DNA of 63,294 bases, counting the filler, from Octopus bimaculoides (lineage: Eukaryota): the NCBI RefSeq assembly GCF_001194135.2. It is 5 parts of 5 records of this genome, joined end to end, with 100 filler letters (N's around TTAATTAATTAA, not from the genome) between each part and the next. Parts side by side here need not be neighbours in the genome. Positions count along the whole stretch, not along the records: positions 49,944 to 57,202 come from NC_069000.1; positions 57,303 to 62,019 come from NC_068994.1; 3 more parts are not named here. One strand, given 5' to 3'. The notes below the pieces were generated by a model, which searched no databases, had not been told where the DNA came from, and saw only the letters and a list, made by a program, of their open reading frames with translations. Below, one piece after another: positions 50,267 to 62,019 of this stretch. Position 1 is the first letter of the stretch; every line of letters starts with the position of its first letter. The position numbers and the translations under genes were made by a program.

Positions 50267-50565
50267 ACGTACAAGTGGCTGAGCACTCCACAGACACGTG
50301 TACCCTTAACGTAGTTCTCGGTGGTGGTGTGGGGGAGATTCAGCGTGACACAAGGCAGACCCTTTCAAATACAGGTACAACAGAAACAGGAAGAAAGAGA
50401 GAAAGTTGTGGTGAAAGAGTGCAGCAGAGTCCCCCACCCCCTTGCCGGGGCCTCGTGGAGCTTTTTAGGTGTTTTCGCTCAATAAACACTCACAATGCCC
50501 GGTCTGGGAATCGAAACCGCGATCCTACGACCGCGAGTCCGCTGCCCTAACCACTGGGCCATTGC
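50267..50565 (-). mobile_element. SINE family D, 3'-truncated
   Basis: Reverse complement of the 49531 copy: ...gggaatcgaaaccgcgatcctacgaccgcgagtccgctgccctaaccactgggccattgc. Confidence 0.9.
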
Positions 50566-50911
50566 ATACACGCACACACATACACACAAACAATATATAT
50601 TTATATTATTAGTATATATTTGTATACAGGTATGGTGCGTATTCTTCTTACATGAGAATGAGAAGCGATGCTACTATTTCTCTCTCACAGAATCTCTCAT
50701 TCTATCTACTCTTTCTTTTTCATTCTTTTCCAATTCTTCTCTCCAGATATCTGTTCGTCTATCTATCTATCTATCTATCTCTTTCTCTGCATGTGTGTGT
50801 GTGTGTGTGTGTGTGTGTCCACCCGTCTATCTGCCAGTCCGTCCGTCCATCTGTCTCTCTGTCTGTCAGTAATCTTCCATATTCTTTAATAAATTCATTT
50901 AATTCTATCAG

Positions 50912-51049
50912 TTTGGTCTGAAGAGGTGTTGGACTCGTCGCTTTCGCAAAAGCGTCTCGGCGACCGGTGAAATTGTTACCGAGAACGGCAGTACGCATGT
51001 TAAAGCTACAGTGAAAGGGTTCGTAAAGGCAGACGTTCTGGGGGAATAA
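50912..51049 (+). CDS. Candidate terminal coding exon of an unidentified gene
   Basis: Acceptor-like ttcatttaattctatcag, then the open frame FGLKRCWTRRFRKSVSATGEIVTENGSTHVKATVKGFVKADVLGE*. Non-repetitive, ~50% GC; no recognised homology. Confidence 0.25.
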   Translation, partial: FGLKRCWTRRFRKSVSATGEIVTENGSTHVKATVKGFVKADVLGE

Positions 51050-51271
51050 AAGAGCCGGGTGTAGTTATTTAGGGGTTTGTTGCGAGGGAACAATGTGAGT
51101 CATAAGACGAAGGGAGACCTTGTGATTTGAAATTGCAGGTGTAGAGGATAACCCGAAATAAGCCAGTCGGCCAGTCGGCCAGCTACGCAGCCGACCAGCC
51201 AGGGAGATATGGCGAGTAGGGACCACTGTGGTAGCGGTAGTAAAAGCAGGAGGAGATAGTGTGTCTTTCTC

Positions 51272-51457
51272 AAAGTGTTTAGCCGCATTTCGTCTGGAAT
51301 TTTATGTTCTGAGTTCAAATCCTGCTGGGGTCGACTTAGCCTTTTATCCTTTTGGGATCGATAAAATAAGCACCAGTTAAGAGCACCGGGGTCGATGTAA
51401 TCGACTAGACCCCTTTCCTTTAAAAATTCTGGCATTGTGTGCCAACAATAGAAAGCG
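51272..51457 (+). mobile_element. SINE family B, 5'-truncated
   Basis: gtttagccgcatttcgtc...gagttcaaatcctgctggggtcgac. Confidence 0.85.
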
Positions 51458-51492
51458 AAGGAGAGAAAAGAAACTAATGTTCCGCTCTCATT

Positions 51493-51538
<46 letters not shown>

Positions 51539-51990
51539 TTTCCTTTCTTCTTCTTCTTCTTCTTCTTCTTCTTCTTCTTCTTCTTCTTCTTCTTCTNNNN
51601 NNNNNNNNNNNNNNNNNNNNNNNNNNNNNNNNNNNNNNNNNNNNNNNNNNNNNNNNNNNNNNNNNNNNNNNNNNNNNNNNNNNNNNNNNNNNNNNNNNNN
51701 NNNNNNNNNNNNNNNNNNNNNNNNNNNNNNNNNNNNNNNNNNNNNNNNNNNNNNNNNNNNNNNNNNNNNNNNNNNNNNNNNNNNNNNNNNNNNNNNNNNN
51801 NNNNNNNNNNNNNNNNNNNNNNNNNNNNNNNNNNNNNNNNNNNNNNNNNNNNNNNNNNNNNNNNNNNNNNNNNNNNNNNNNNNNNNNNNNNNNNNNNNNN
51901 NNNNNNNNNNNNNNNNNNNNNNNNNNNNNNNNNNNNNNNNNNNNNNNNNNNNNNNNNNNNNNNNNNNNNNNNNNNNNNNNNNNNNNNNNN

Positions 51991-52118
51991 GTTTATCGAC
52001 CCCGAAAGAATAAAAGGCGAAGTCGACCACAGCAGAACTTGAACTCGGAACGTATAGACGGGAGAAATTCCGCTGAGCATTTTGTCCAGCGTGCTAACAA
52101 CTCTACCAGCACGCCACC
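51991..52118 (-). mobile_element. SINE family B 5' half
   Basis: gtttatcgaccccgaaag...gaacttgaactcggaacg...gtgctaacaactctaccagcacgccacc. Confidence 0.85.
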
Positions 52119-52860
52119 GTCTCTCTCTCTCTCTGTCTCTCTCTCTCTCTGTCTCTCTCTCTCTCTCTCTCTGTCTCAGTATTACTATCTCATTTATCCC
52201 CGCTCTGTCTATCTACCTATCTAATTCTTTCTGTCTGTCTCTCATATACTTTCATAATATTCCTACGAGTATATCTCTCTCTCTCTCTCTCAGTTCCTTT
52301 CATATTCTTTCGTCTTTCCCCCCCACACACTATATCCTTCCTGTCTCTACTTCTCCTCTTCCCCTCTTTACCTATCTACTCCTCCCTTGTCTCCAGACAC
52401 TGCCACTGCTGCTCTTTTCATCAATTGGCCAGCCTCTACAACGCAACACCCTCCTCGCTTACTTTAACTTACTCTCTCTATTTCCCACTCTTTCACCTCT
52501 TACTTTCTCTCTCTCTTTCTCCCTTTCTTTTTTTGCCTTTCTCTCTTTTCCTGTCTGTCTCCTCTCACTTTTTCTCACCCTCTCTTTGTGTCCTTCATTC
52601 TATCCTATATTCTCCTTCCCTGTCTTCATCCTATAGTCCCTCACTCTCTCTTTCACTCTCTGCCTTTCTCTCTCTACCCTATAGCCTCACTCTCACTCGC
52701 TCTTTCCACTCTCTCTCTCACTCCTCCCTCTGTCGTTCTCTCTCCATCCTATATCGCTTCCTCCTCTCTCCCTCTATCTCTTCCTTCCTCTTTCTCTCTC
52801 ATTTTTTCACAGACACACGAACATCCTCATCTCATCCTATCTTCTCTACACTCCCGTCAA
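52119..52860. repeat. Degenerate CT-rich pyrimidine tract
   Basis: Strong strand-asymmetric C/T composition; source of the S/L/F-rich ORFs. Confidence 0.85.
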
Positions 52861-53789
52861 CTCTATCATTACCGCCACCACTACCACCATCATCATCATC
52901 ACAAACCGTATTACTGTCATCGTATCTTTCTCTCTGGAACCCTCATTGTCTACTTTTAAAAGAAAAAAAAAGAGAGAGAGGAAAATTATTTTTAAAAAAA
53001 TAAATAATAAAATAAAACATATAATACCAGCCTCCATTCACATCGTTTTTACTATGATCGCATCTCGCATACACTTACGGACGTAAATTGAACTATTGGA
53101 TTTATGGATCTCTACAAATTATGTTTTCTTGGTGAGTAAAGCTAGCTTTATTCATTAAACAACAATTACTAATATATTAATTAACACAGCATGTAGTAGT
53201 TAAAACTGGTTTATTTAAATTATATATATATAACGTGACAAGAAAAAAAAAATTCATTTAACATTTAATTACATTCTCGAAGCGAATGACGGGGCTTGTG
53301 TTTCTATGAACCAAACGAGGGAGCTTTTTTTTTTTTCTGTGGCCGGTGTCTCGACTTGGTAGTAATAGCAGCCAAATAATCCTTAAATCAAACCCGACCA
53401 TTCTATAATAATAATAATTATAATAATAATAATAATGATAATAATGATCACGTATGTTACATTGTATATGTGTAGTCCTACACATATATACTATATGTAT
53501 GTATATATGTTGTCGGAATGAAACACGATATGGTCATGACTGAGATGTTTTTTTTATTGTTAGCCTTCTTATAATGAATGCTGCACAGGATAACTTATAG
53601 TTCTACATATTTATATGTTGAACGTATATATTTATAATTCTACATATTTATAATGTCTGAATAAAAGACGATATTGTCACAGTTGGTATGTTTTTTTTTT
53701 TCGATCGGTACCGATTTGGTGCTTAACAGTTAGAATTATGTTTAAGTTGTACTGTGGTCTGTCTCTTTCTATCGAATGTCGAAAGCCTG

Positions 53790-53792
53790 CTC

Positions 53793-53823
<31 letters not shown>

Positions 53824-53950
53824 CCTATCTACCTACCTATCTATCTATCTACCTACCTATCTATCTATCTACCTACCTATCTATCTATCTATCTATCTAT
53901 CTATCAATCCATCTATCTCTCTATCTATCTATCTATCTATCTATCCACAC
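53790..53950. repeat. (CTAT)n/(CTAC)n tetranucleotide microsatellite
   Basis: Directly visible; similar tracts at 41510-41640 and 62600-62640. Confidence 0.95.
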
Positions 53951-54029
53951 ACATACACACACACACTCAATATATTCTCATATATTATATACATTAAATA
54001 TCCTACATGTGCTAGGAGCTACCATGTAG

Positions 54030-54275
54030 TCGGTAGCAGCTAAATTCTCCCTCAAATCACACCTTACATTATTCCTTTTAAAGGATGGATACATGAGATG
54101 TATGTAGTCCTCGGTATACACCGTCAAGATGAAGAGAATTTAACCCCACACACCCCCAAAAAAAGAAGGAAGGAAGAAAAAAGACCGGGATGGTTACATT
54201 GAATCATCTTTGGTCATAGGTCTGTCTGCCCCAGCATGATTGACCTAGGGTTAAACATCATCATCATCATCATGC
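54030..54275 (+). mobile_element. Family C dispersed repeat with (CAT)n tail
   Basis: gcagctaaattctccctcaaatcacacc...tggtcataggtctg...tgacctagggttaaacatcatcatcat. Confidence 0.6.
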
Positions 54276-55015
54276 TCTCCTATTTTTACCCGCCACCAAA
54301 GGCCTTAATTTTGTTAACATCACGCCGGCAAAAAAGATTGTATTTTATTAAATAAGGGAGTGTGTTAGTCATATATCTGACTACTTCTGCTAAACTAGAA
54401 AATTGTGCTACAAAACGAACGCAGTTGCCTCCTTACTCGAAAAACCTATTAAGACATTTTACAGTTACCTCGTATTTTAATTACTTTCAGAGCTTACCTT
54501 AGTTAATTTTTTTCTCAACTCTTTCTCCCTCCCTCTCTCTCTCTCTCTCTCTCTTTCTTTTCTTTCTTTCTTTCTCTGTCTCGTTCACTCTTTCTCTCTC
54601 TTTCAATTACACACACTCTCTTTACACATACACATATATATATATATATATATTTCCTTTCCTGAGCGTCCAATAATACTATCCATATCACGTCCTCACT
54701 TTGTTGTTTTTTTGTTTTTTTGTTATTGTGTTTTTGAACTATATATATATANNNNNNNNNNNNNNNNNNNNNNNNNNNNNNNNNNNNNNNNNNNNNNNNN
54801 NNNNNNNNNNNNNNNNNNNNNNNNNNNNNNNNNNNNNNNNNNNNNNNNNNNNNNNNNNNNNNNNNNNNNNNNNNNNNNNNNNNNNNNNNNNNNNNNNNNN
54901 NNNNNNNNNNNNNNNNNNNNNNNNNNNNNNNNNNNNNNNNNNNNNNNNNNNNNNNNNNNNNNNNNNNNNNNNNNNNNNNNNNNNNNNNNNNNNNNNNNNN
55001 NNNNNNNNNNNNNNN

Positions 55016-55056
<41 letters not shown>

Positions 55057-55066
55057 CATACATACA

Positions 55067-55097
<31 letters not shown>

Positions 55098-55156
55098 TGG
55101 CCGCTCCCACCTCACATTTGTTTCTATGTATACATGCATACATAAATATTTATGTA

Positions 55157-55410
55157 TATCATCATCATCATCATCATCATCGTTTAACGTCCGCTTTCCA
55201 TGCTAGCATGGGTTGGACGATTTGACTGAGGACTGATGAAACCGGATGGCAACACCAGGCTCTAATCTAATTTGGCAGAGTTTCTACAGCTGGATGCCCT
55301 TCCTAACGCCAACCACTCTGAGAGTGTAGTGGGTGCTTTTACGTGTCACCCGCACGAAGGCCAGTCAGGCGGTACTGGCAACGGCCACGCTCGAAATGGT
55401 GTCTTAGGTA
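55157..55410 (-). mobile_element. Family F retroposon (SINE or LINE 3' end), young
   Basis: (CAT)n tail then cgtttaacgtccgctttccatgctagcatggg...; ~95% identical by eye to 59773-60113. Confidence 0.85.
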
Positions 55411-56288
55411 CATGTGTGAACATAGGTATAGATATGCATATGTATGTATGTATGTATGTATGTATACGCTCGCTCGTGTGTGTGTGTGTGTGTGTGTGTG
55501 AATACCCCAAACAGCTCACATTCCCATAGGATCAAACAAACCGTGTACACGAAGTTAGTGAAATCAATCACTATTTGACTTGTCGCAATCTCTTCCTTTT
55601 TATCCTATTTCTATCGCCGATTCTAGATCGAAGCCAGCAGATCGAAGCTCGTTGTCTTTTTGTTTGGCTCCCAGTCAGCACTGATCAAGCCGAAAATGAT
55701 CAAAAGCAATCTAGCCATGATCTAGCCATATGTATGTATGTATATATGCGGAAGGACAGTGTATATGTGGTGTAGTATATAAGTTATATTGTATCGAAGT
55801 TGTTTAGCACGAGGTCAGCCCATATGCAGCAGCCAGACCTATGATCAAAAGCGTTCCAGTGGTAACCACACAAATTTTTAATATATTATTAAATCGAACG
55901 ATTCGGCGGCCAGCTGGTAGAAGCGTTAGCATGCCGTGCAATTTGAATGAGATTTAGCTGCTGTTTCTAGCAGATCGAACGACCACGTAGAAGCTCCCGC
56001 CGTTCTATGGTTACAGAGCTAGTTCAACCCAACCCATATTCATGTCCCCTCCCCACCACTTCCATCGCCATCATTTACACATGTCGCAGTAGTTCTCTGT
56101 TTACCTTTGTAAAAAGCTCGAGTTGTGCTTAGCCAATCGACATGTTTAAAAGTACAGCTGTCAGAAGGCAAATTGATGGGGGTTTCGGATTAAGTAGACA
56201 ACCAGCCATTTACTTCGTTGCTGCTGTTGCTGCTGCTGCAAGTATTGTTGTTGTGGTTGTTGTTGTGGTTGTGTTATTAGTATTCCTT

Positions 56289-57000
56289 GTGGCGAGCTGG
56301 CAGAATCGTTAGAACGCCGGGCAAAATGCTTAGCGGTATTTTCGTCTGTCTTCGTGTTCTGAGTTCAAATTCCGCCGTGGTCGACTTGGCCTTTCATCCT
56401 TTCGGAGGTCGATAAAATAAGTACCAGTTGAATATTGAGGTCGATGTAATTGACTATCCCCCTCCCCCAAATTTCAGATCTTGTGCCTATAATAGAAAGG
56501 ATTATTATTATTATTATTATTGTCTTTGCACAACTTCTAACGCTGGACATGTAATATGGTGCCAGCTATTCACTACCAGTGAATTTATTATTATTATTAT
56601 TATTATTATGTTTGTCAGAATCGCTAAAACGCCGGGAAATTGTCTTTCGCAATTTCGTTTTGTTCTTGATCTTGAGGTTACCGTTGTTTTCAATCCCTTC
56701 GCCGTCGCTAAAATAAAACACCAGTCAAGTACAAGGGGCGATGTAATCGATCTGTCCAACCCTTCAAACTGGCTGGCCTTCTGCCTAAATGAGAAACCCC
56801 AAGACAGCGATCTGGTGGGATGGTCAGCGCTTCAGACAAAGTGCTTAGCGGTATTTCTTCCAATTCTTTACGTTCAGAGTTCAAATACAGCTGAGGTTAA
56901 CTTTACCTTACATTCTTTCGGGGCCTGTAAACAAGGAGTCAATGATATCGACTCGACCCATCCCCTCAATATTGTTGGCCTTAAGAAATATCATTATTCG
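56289..57000 (+). mobile_element. Three tandem same-orientation SINE B copies of differing divergence
   Basis: Copies at ~56289-56520, ~56613-56800 and ~56806-56998, each with a recognisable head or B-box and an ATT tail. Confidence 0.75.
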
Positions 57001-57202
57001 AACATTTCTTCGGATTTCTATGTTTTGCATAAGAGATTAGAGTTCTGTAAAGAAAAAGAAAAAAAACTATTGTATCTTTTAATCTTCTATCCTCTCTTCT
57101 TTGTTTTCCGTCATACCTTTCTTTCTGAATATTTTTTTCTCAATGATATGTTTTAAACATAGGAGATTACAAGTTTACGAAAAAAAAAAAAAAAAAAAAA
57201 AA

Positions 57203-57302
57203 NNNNNNNNNNNNNNNNNNNNNNNNNNNNNNNNNNNNNNNNNNNNTTAATTAATTAANNNNNNNNNNNNNNNNNNNNNNNNNNNNNNNNNNNNNNNNNN
57301 NN
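57203..57302. other. Assembly spacer 44N-TTAATTAATTAA-44N (artefact)
   Basis: Identical construct. Confidence 0.9.
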
Positions 57303-59350
57303 GGTGGGGGGCATGTATTTGCGGCGTCGGACATTTTGTCGCGGTGCTGGGCACGTTCTTGCGGAGGGAGCACGTTCTTGCGACTCTGGGCACGAACGTG
57401 CTTCAGGCGCCGGACACGTTCTTGCGGCGACGGGCACGTTCTTGCGGCCCCAGGCACGTTCTTGCAGCCCCAGGAGCCTACTTGCGACTCCAGACACGTA
57501 GTTGCTGCTCCGGGCACGTTCTTTGGACGCCAGGTAAGTTCTTGCGGCCGTTGGCACGTCCTTGTGGCACCGGGCACGTTCTCGCGGTTCCAGGCATGTT
57601 ACTGCGGCCCCAGGCACGTTCTTGTGGCGGCGTGCACGTTGTTGCCGTGCTGGGCATGTCCTTGGGGAGTCGAGCACGTACCGGCGGCGTTGGGCNNNNN
57701 NNNNNNNNNNNNNNNNNNNNNNNNNNNNNNNNNNNNNNNNNNNNNNNNNNNNNNNNNNNNNNNNNNNNNNNNNNNNNNNNNNNNNNNNNNNNNNNNNNNN
57801 NNNNNNNNNNNNNNNNNNNNNNNNNNNNNNNNNNNNNNNNNNNNNNNNNNNNNNNNNNNNNNNNNNNNNNNNNNNNNNNNNNNNNNNNNNNNNNNNNNNN
57901 NNNNNNNNNNNNNNNNNNNNNNNNNNNNNNNNNNNNNNNNNNNNNNNNNNNNNNNNNNNNNNNNNNNNNNNNNNNNNNNNNNNNNNNNNNNNNNNNNNNN
58001 NNNNNNNNNNNNNNNNNNNNNNNNNNNNNNNNNNNNNNNNNNNNNNNNNNNNNNNNNNNNNNNNNNNNNNNNNNNNNNNNNNNNNNNNNNNNNNNNNNNN
58101 NNNNNNNNNNNNNNNNNNNNNNNNNNNNNNNNNNNNNNNNNNNNNNNNNNNNNNNNNNNNNNNNNNNNNNNNNNNNNNNNNNNNNNNNNNNNNNNNNNNN
58201 NNNNNNNNNNNNNNNNNNNNNNNNNNNNNNNNNNNNNNNNNNNNNNNNNNNNNNNNNNNNNNNNNNNNNNNNNNNNNNNNNNNNNNNNNNNNNNNNNNNN
58301 NNNNNNNNNNNNNNNNNNNNNNNNNNNNNNNNNNNNNNNNNNNNNNNNNNNNNNNNNNNNNNNNNNNNNNNNNNNNNNNNNNNNNNNNNNNNNNNNNNNN
58401 NNNNNNNNNNNNNNNNNNNNNNNNNNNNNNNNNNNNNNNNNNNNNNNNNNNNNNNNNNNNNNNNNNNNNNNNNNNNNNNNNNNNNNNNNNNNNNNNNNNN
58501 NNNNNNNNNNNNNNNNNNNNNNNNNNNNNNNNNNNNNNNNNNNNNNNNNNNNNNNNNNNNNNNNNNNNNNNNNNNNNNNNNNNNNNNNNNNNNNNNNNNN
58601 NNNNNNNNNNAGCACCGCAAGAACGTGCCCGGGGCCAGAAGAACGTACCTGGCTCCACAAGGACGTGCCTGCCGCCGCCAGATCTTCCCTGGCGTCGCTA
58701 GTACGTGCCTGGAGTCTAACGAACGTGCTCGGAGTCGCAAGTACGTTCCCGGGGCCGTATGTACGTGCCTGTGGTTGTAAGTACGTGCCCGGGGCAATAA
58801 GTTTGTCCCAGGCAACACTAGAACGTGGTCGGGCACATGCTTATTGCCCCGGACTCGTTCTTGCGACCCGAGGCACGTACTCACGGCCCTAGGCACGTAG
58901 TTACAACCCCGGGTACGTACTTACGGCCCCAGGCACGTTCTTGCGTCGCCAGTCATGTTCTATCAGACTAGCCACGTACTTTCGGCGTCGGACATGTTGC
59001 GGCGCGAGGCACGTTCTGGCGGCGCCGCGTAAGTACTTGTGGTGCCGAGCACGCTCTTGCGGCATCGGGCACGTTCCTGCTGCCCCAGGCACGTACTTGC
59101 GACCCCAGGCACATTCTTGCGGAGCCACGTACATTCTTGTGGCGCCGGGTACGTTGCTGCACCGCCGAGCACGTTCTTGCGATGCCGGTGACTGTGCCCG
59201 GCTTGGAAGAACCTGTCCTGCGCCAAAAGAACGTGCCTGGTGCCGAAATAACGGGCCTGGGGCCGCAAGAACGTGCCTGGCCCCACAAGAACGTGCATGG
59301 AGCCGCAAGAACGTGCCCGGGACCGCAAGAAGGTGCCTGGCTCTGCAAGT
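57303..59350. repeat. GC-rich 20-bp satellite (consensus ~CGGGCACGTTCTTGCGGCNC) with orientation switches
   Basis: The 20-bp phase is visible in the 10-base columns. Forward 57303-57695, gap, reverse 58611-58830, forward 58831-~59185, reverse ~59200-59350. Confidence 0.9.
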
Positions 59351-59352
59351 AC

Positions 59353-59433
59353 ATAGGCTCAAAACGTAAAAGACTTTTTTCATTTTTCTGACCGTCAAAC
59401 TAATATACTTGCTTGTTCATACACCTGTCTTCG
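59353..59433 (+). mobile_element. Truncated copy of the 21880-22030 hammerhead-bearing repeat
   Basis: taggctcaaaacgtaaaagac...cgtcaaactaatatacttgcttgttcatacacctgtcttcg aligns with the reverse complement of 21900-22000. Confidence 0.7.
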
Positions 59434-59473
59434 TATGTATGTATGTATGTAAGTATGTAGATAGATAGATAAA

Positions 59474-59666
59474 GAACAAATCCGGAACACAATGTTCGCC
59501 AAATTCCACTGAGCGAACATGTGGTCAGAAAATGTTTCTAATTTTTCCTTTCCACAAACTACATGACACGAATGAGGTTGGAAGAAAGATAAAAGAAAAA
59601 TGGTTTATTAAAATGTTCAAACCTGTTCTGAACGGAAACAACAGCAATAATATAACAACCAGTTAA
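59474..59666 (+). mobile_element. Penelope-like GIY-YIG C-terminal remnant
   Basis: EQIRN / VRQIPLSEH / CGQKMFLIFPFHKLHDTNEVGRKIKEKWFIKMFKPVLN parallels the C-terminus of the 15333 element. Confidence 0.7.
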
Positions 59667-59772
59667 TGATGTGGATAAATAAATATAAACAAGTTACAGA
59701 ATATCGGTACGCTTGGCAAATCTTGATGCTTAAGAGTATGCGGATTGGTCAAAAAGGTATCCTAAAAATTCA

Positions 59773-60113
59773 AAGATGCCGTTGCCAGTACCGCCTGACT
59801 GGCCTTCGTAGGATTTTCGAGCGAGATCGTTGCCAGTGCCCCTGGACTGGCTTGTGTGGGTGGCACATAAATGACACCATTTCGAGCGTGGCCGTTGCCA
59901 GTATCGCCTGATTGGCCTTCATGCAGGTGACACGTAAAAGCACCTACTACACTCTCGCAGTGGTTGGCGTTAGGAAGGGCATCCAACTGTAGAAACTCTG
60001 CCAAATTTAGATTGGAGCCTGGTGTTGCCATCCGGTTTCACCAGTCCTCAGTCAAATCGTCCAACCCATGCTAGCATGGAAAGCGGACGTTAAACGATGA
60101 TGATGATGATGAT
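59773..60113 (+). mobile_element. Family F retroposon, young, with internal direct repeats
   Basis: Three gttgccagt...ctgactgg-type modules, then the core and a (GAT)n tail. Confidence 0.85.
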
Positions 60114-61099
60114 AGTAAAGTTGTCAAGAACACAGTTGAAATTTGATGAGTACACTATGTATGAAAATACTAATTTAACTTTATGAGAATTACAAAATAA
60201 AATTTTTTAATGTTAAAATACCGTAATAAAAAAACGTGAAAACCAGACCATGTTATAACTTTATTTAACTGGCATAGATAGAGTGAGAGTGAGAGGGGGT
60301 GTGAGAAGAGAGGGAGAGAGCGAGAGAGCGAGCTTGACTGTAGTAGCACTGATTTTGAATACATTTTAATATAGGAGTCAAAGACGAGGAAAACATTTGA
60401 TGGTGTAGATTTAGCAATTAGTGCAATTAGAGTTTGATGAAAATTGCGCAATTCAATCAGAGAGTATTTGAATTAATCAATTCTTTGAAGAAAGTATTTA
60501 AGGTAGGCATTGAAATAATTTGGGTTTGAGGGAACATTTTGGTTTTAACAACGAAAGGATCACAATGTCGATCTACTTAAGTTTCAGCAGCAACTTCTGA
60601 GAAGCAAATATGTTGTCTCAGTGAAATTTAATGAGAGGAGGAAATGAGTGAGTGAGGAAAGGAAGTTGAGTGTTGTAGATGCAGAGAAGTGAAGGCAGTT
60701 AATGGATTCCTATTGATTTCTGATTGGAGCACAAGGCTGCAGAAAATATCAGAAGACAAAGTGGGATGTTATAGCGTCCCTATCATTTCTCAGACGAATT
60801 AGGAGCAGAAGTGAAATTGCTTTAATTGGGAATGGAAACCAGGTTGTTGGCTCACCTGCCAAAATAACACTTGTTTAGTATAATCAAACAGACCTATGGT
60901 TGAAAGTATTTCAAACGTGATCAATATTCAGTGTTCTTCACTTTTTTAAGACGGCAGGCTGTGATTCGAAGGTGATTTGGCAGCTATTTTTTGAAACAGA
61001 TTTAACAAATCGAGCCGCCAATTACAAGATTAAATTACGTATACGCAGACAAGCAGGGATTCGATTGCCAATAGTTGTTGGAATGGTACAATTGTTCCA

Positions 61100-61480
61100 A
61101 GAGCTCCGAATTACACGGCCATCTCACAGCATTAATTTCCACAATACGGTTTCAGAAAGGATTTCCAAGGAATATGGATCACTTCTTCATTTCAATGAAG
61201 GCATTGAGCGTCACATACTGATGATATTGTGCTGGGTTATCAAAGGAGTAAGGTGTCAACCTCTCAGTTGAATAATACTTGTCTCTTTGCTGGGCTGTCC
61301 CAGGTGTAAAGTATAACAAAATCCCTTCCTGGTAGCAAAGGAAAGTGCTAAGAACAGAGAATAACTCGCAGAACTGAAAATTGATGACCTGCGTCTCAAT
61401 CAAATCGTTCATCTTTACCTCGTTATAAAGAGACATCGAACGGTGTCAATACAATGAATATAATAAAATAACAACGATCA
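61100..61480 (+). mobile_element. Possible CR1/L2-like LINE RT C-terminal remnant
   Basis: Weak fragments LCWVIKG, VE*YLSLCWAVP, ITRRTE and FTSL*RDIERCQY resemble AGWILR, LEYCxQLWSP, FTRRI and LYSLQRRRERY. Confidence 0.3.
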
Positions 61481-61881
61481 GAGAAGAGAATAGGCCATAA
61501 AACTTATGTCATGAGGAAAACAAATCAATTTTGTCAAGTATGAATTTGTAACAAACCTTCCAGTACATCCTTTAGTTGTGAAACAATTTGTATGTGTTAC
61601 ACTCACCTTATTACTTGGCACAAACGGATGCAGAAAGGTTAAGTGCACACATTTACCTAGATTTTTCTACCTGTTCGTTATGACTAACCAATCAATTTAT
61701 TGAAACACATATAAACATAGAAAAGCAATCAGAAACACTGAGGTATTGATTTTCATTTAGCTTCGACGTTGATTTTTCATTCCCTGTATACATTTTCATA
61801 AAACACAGTCGTATACACACTGTATATATATGTATGTATAAATATATATATATATACACACACACACACATATATATATAA

Positions 61882-61962
<81 letters not shown>

Positions 61963-62019
61963 AACGACACTGATGGAGATTGAAAAAAGGCTGCAACAAT
62001 CCTATGTGAAGGAGAGAGC

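Noticed and set aside
52082-53003. Ser/Leu/Phe-rich ORFs of 120-190 aa resembling membrane proteins
   Set aside because: Products of a CT-rich low-complexity tract.
56428-57156. 242-aa ORF, the longest gap-free ORF
   Set aside because: It reads through three SINE B copies and ATT tails; there is no coherent protein signal.
57251-59398. Cys/Arg/Ala-rich repeat-protein ORFs
   Set aside because: The 20-bp period is not a multiple of 3, and frames are open on both strands because the GC-rich unit lacks stops.
59353-59433. Possible terminus of a transposon containing the 20-bp array
   Set aside because: It aligns to the unrelated dispersed repeat at 21900-22000, so it is a separate insertion.
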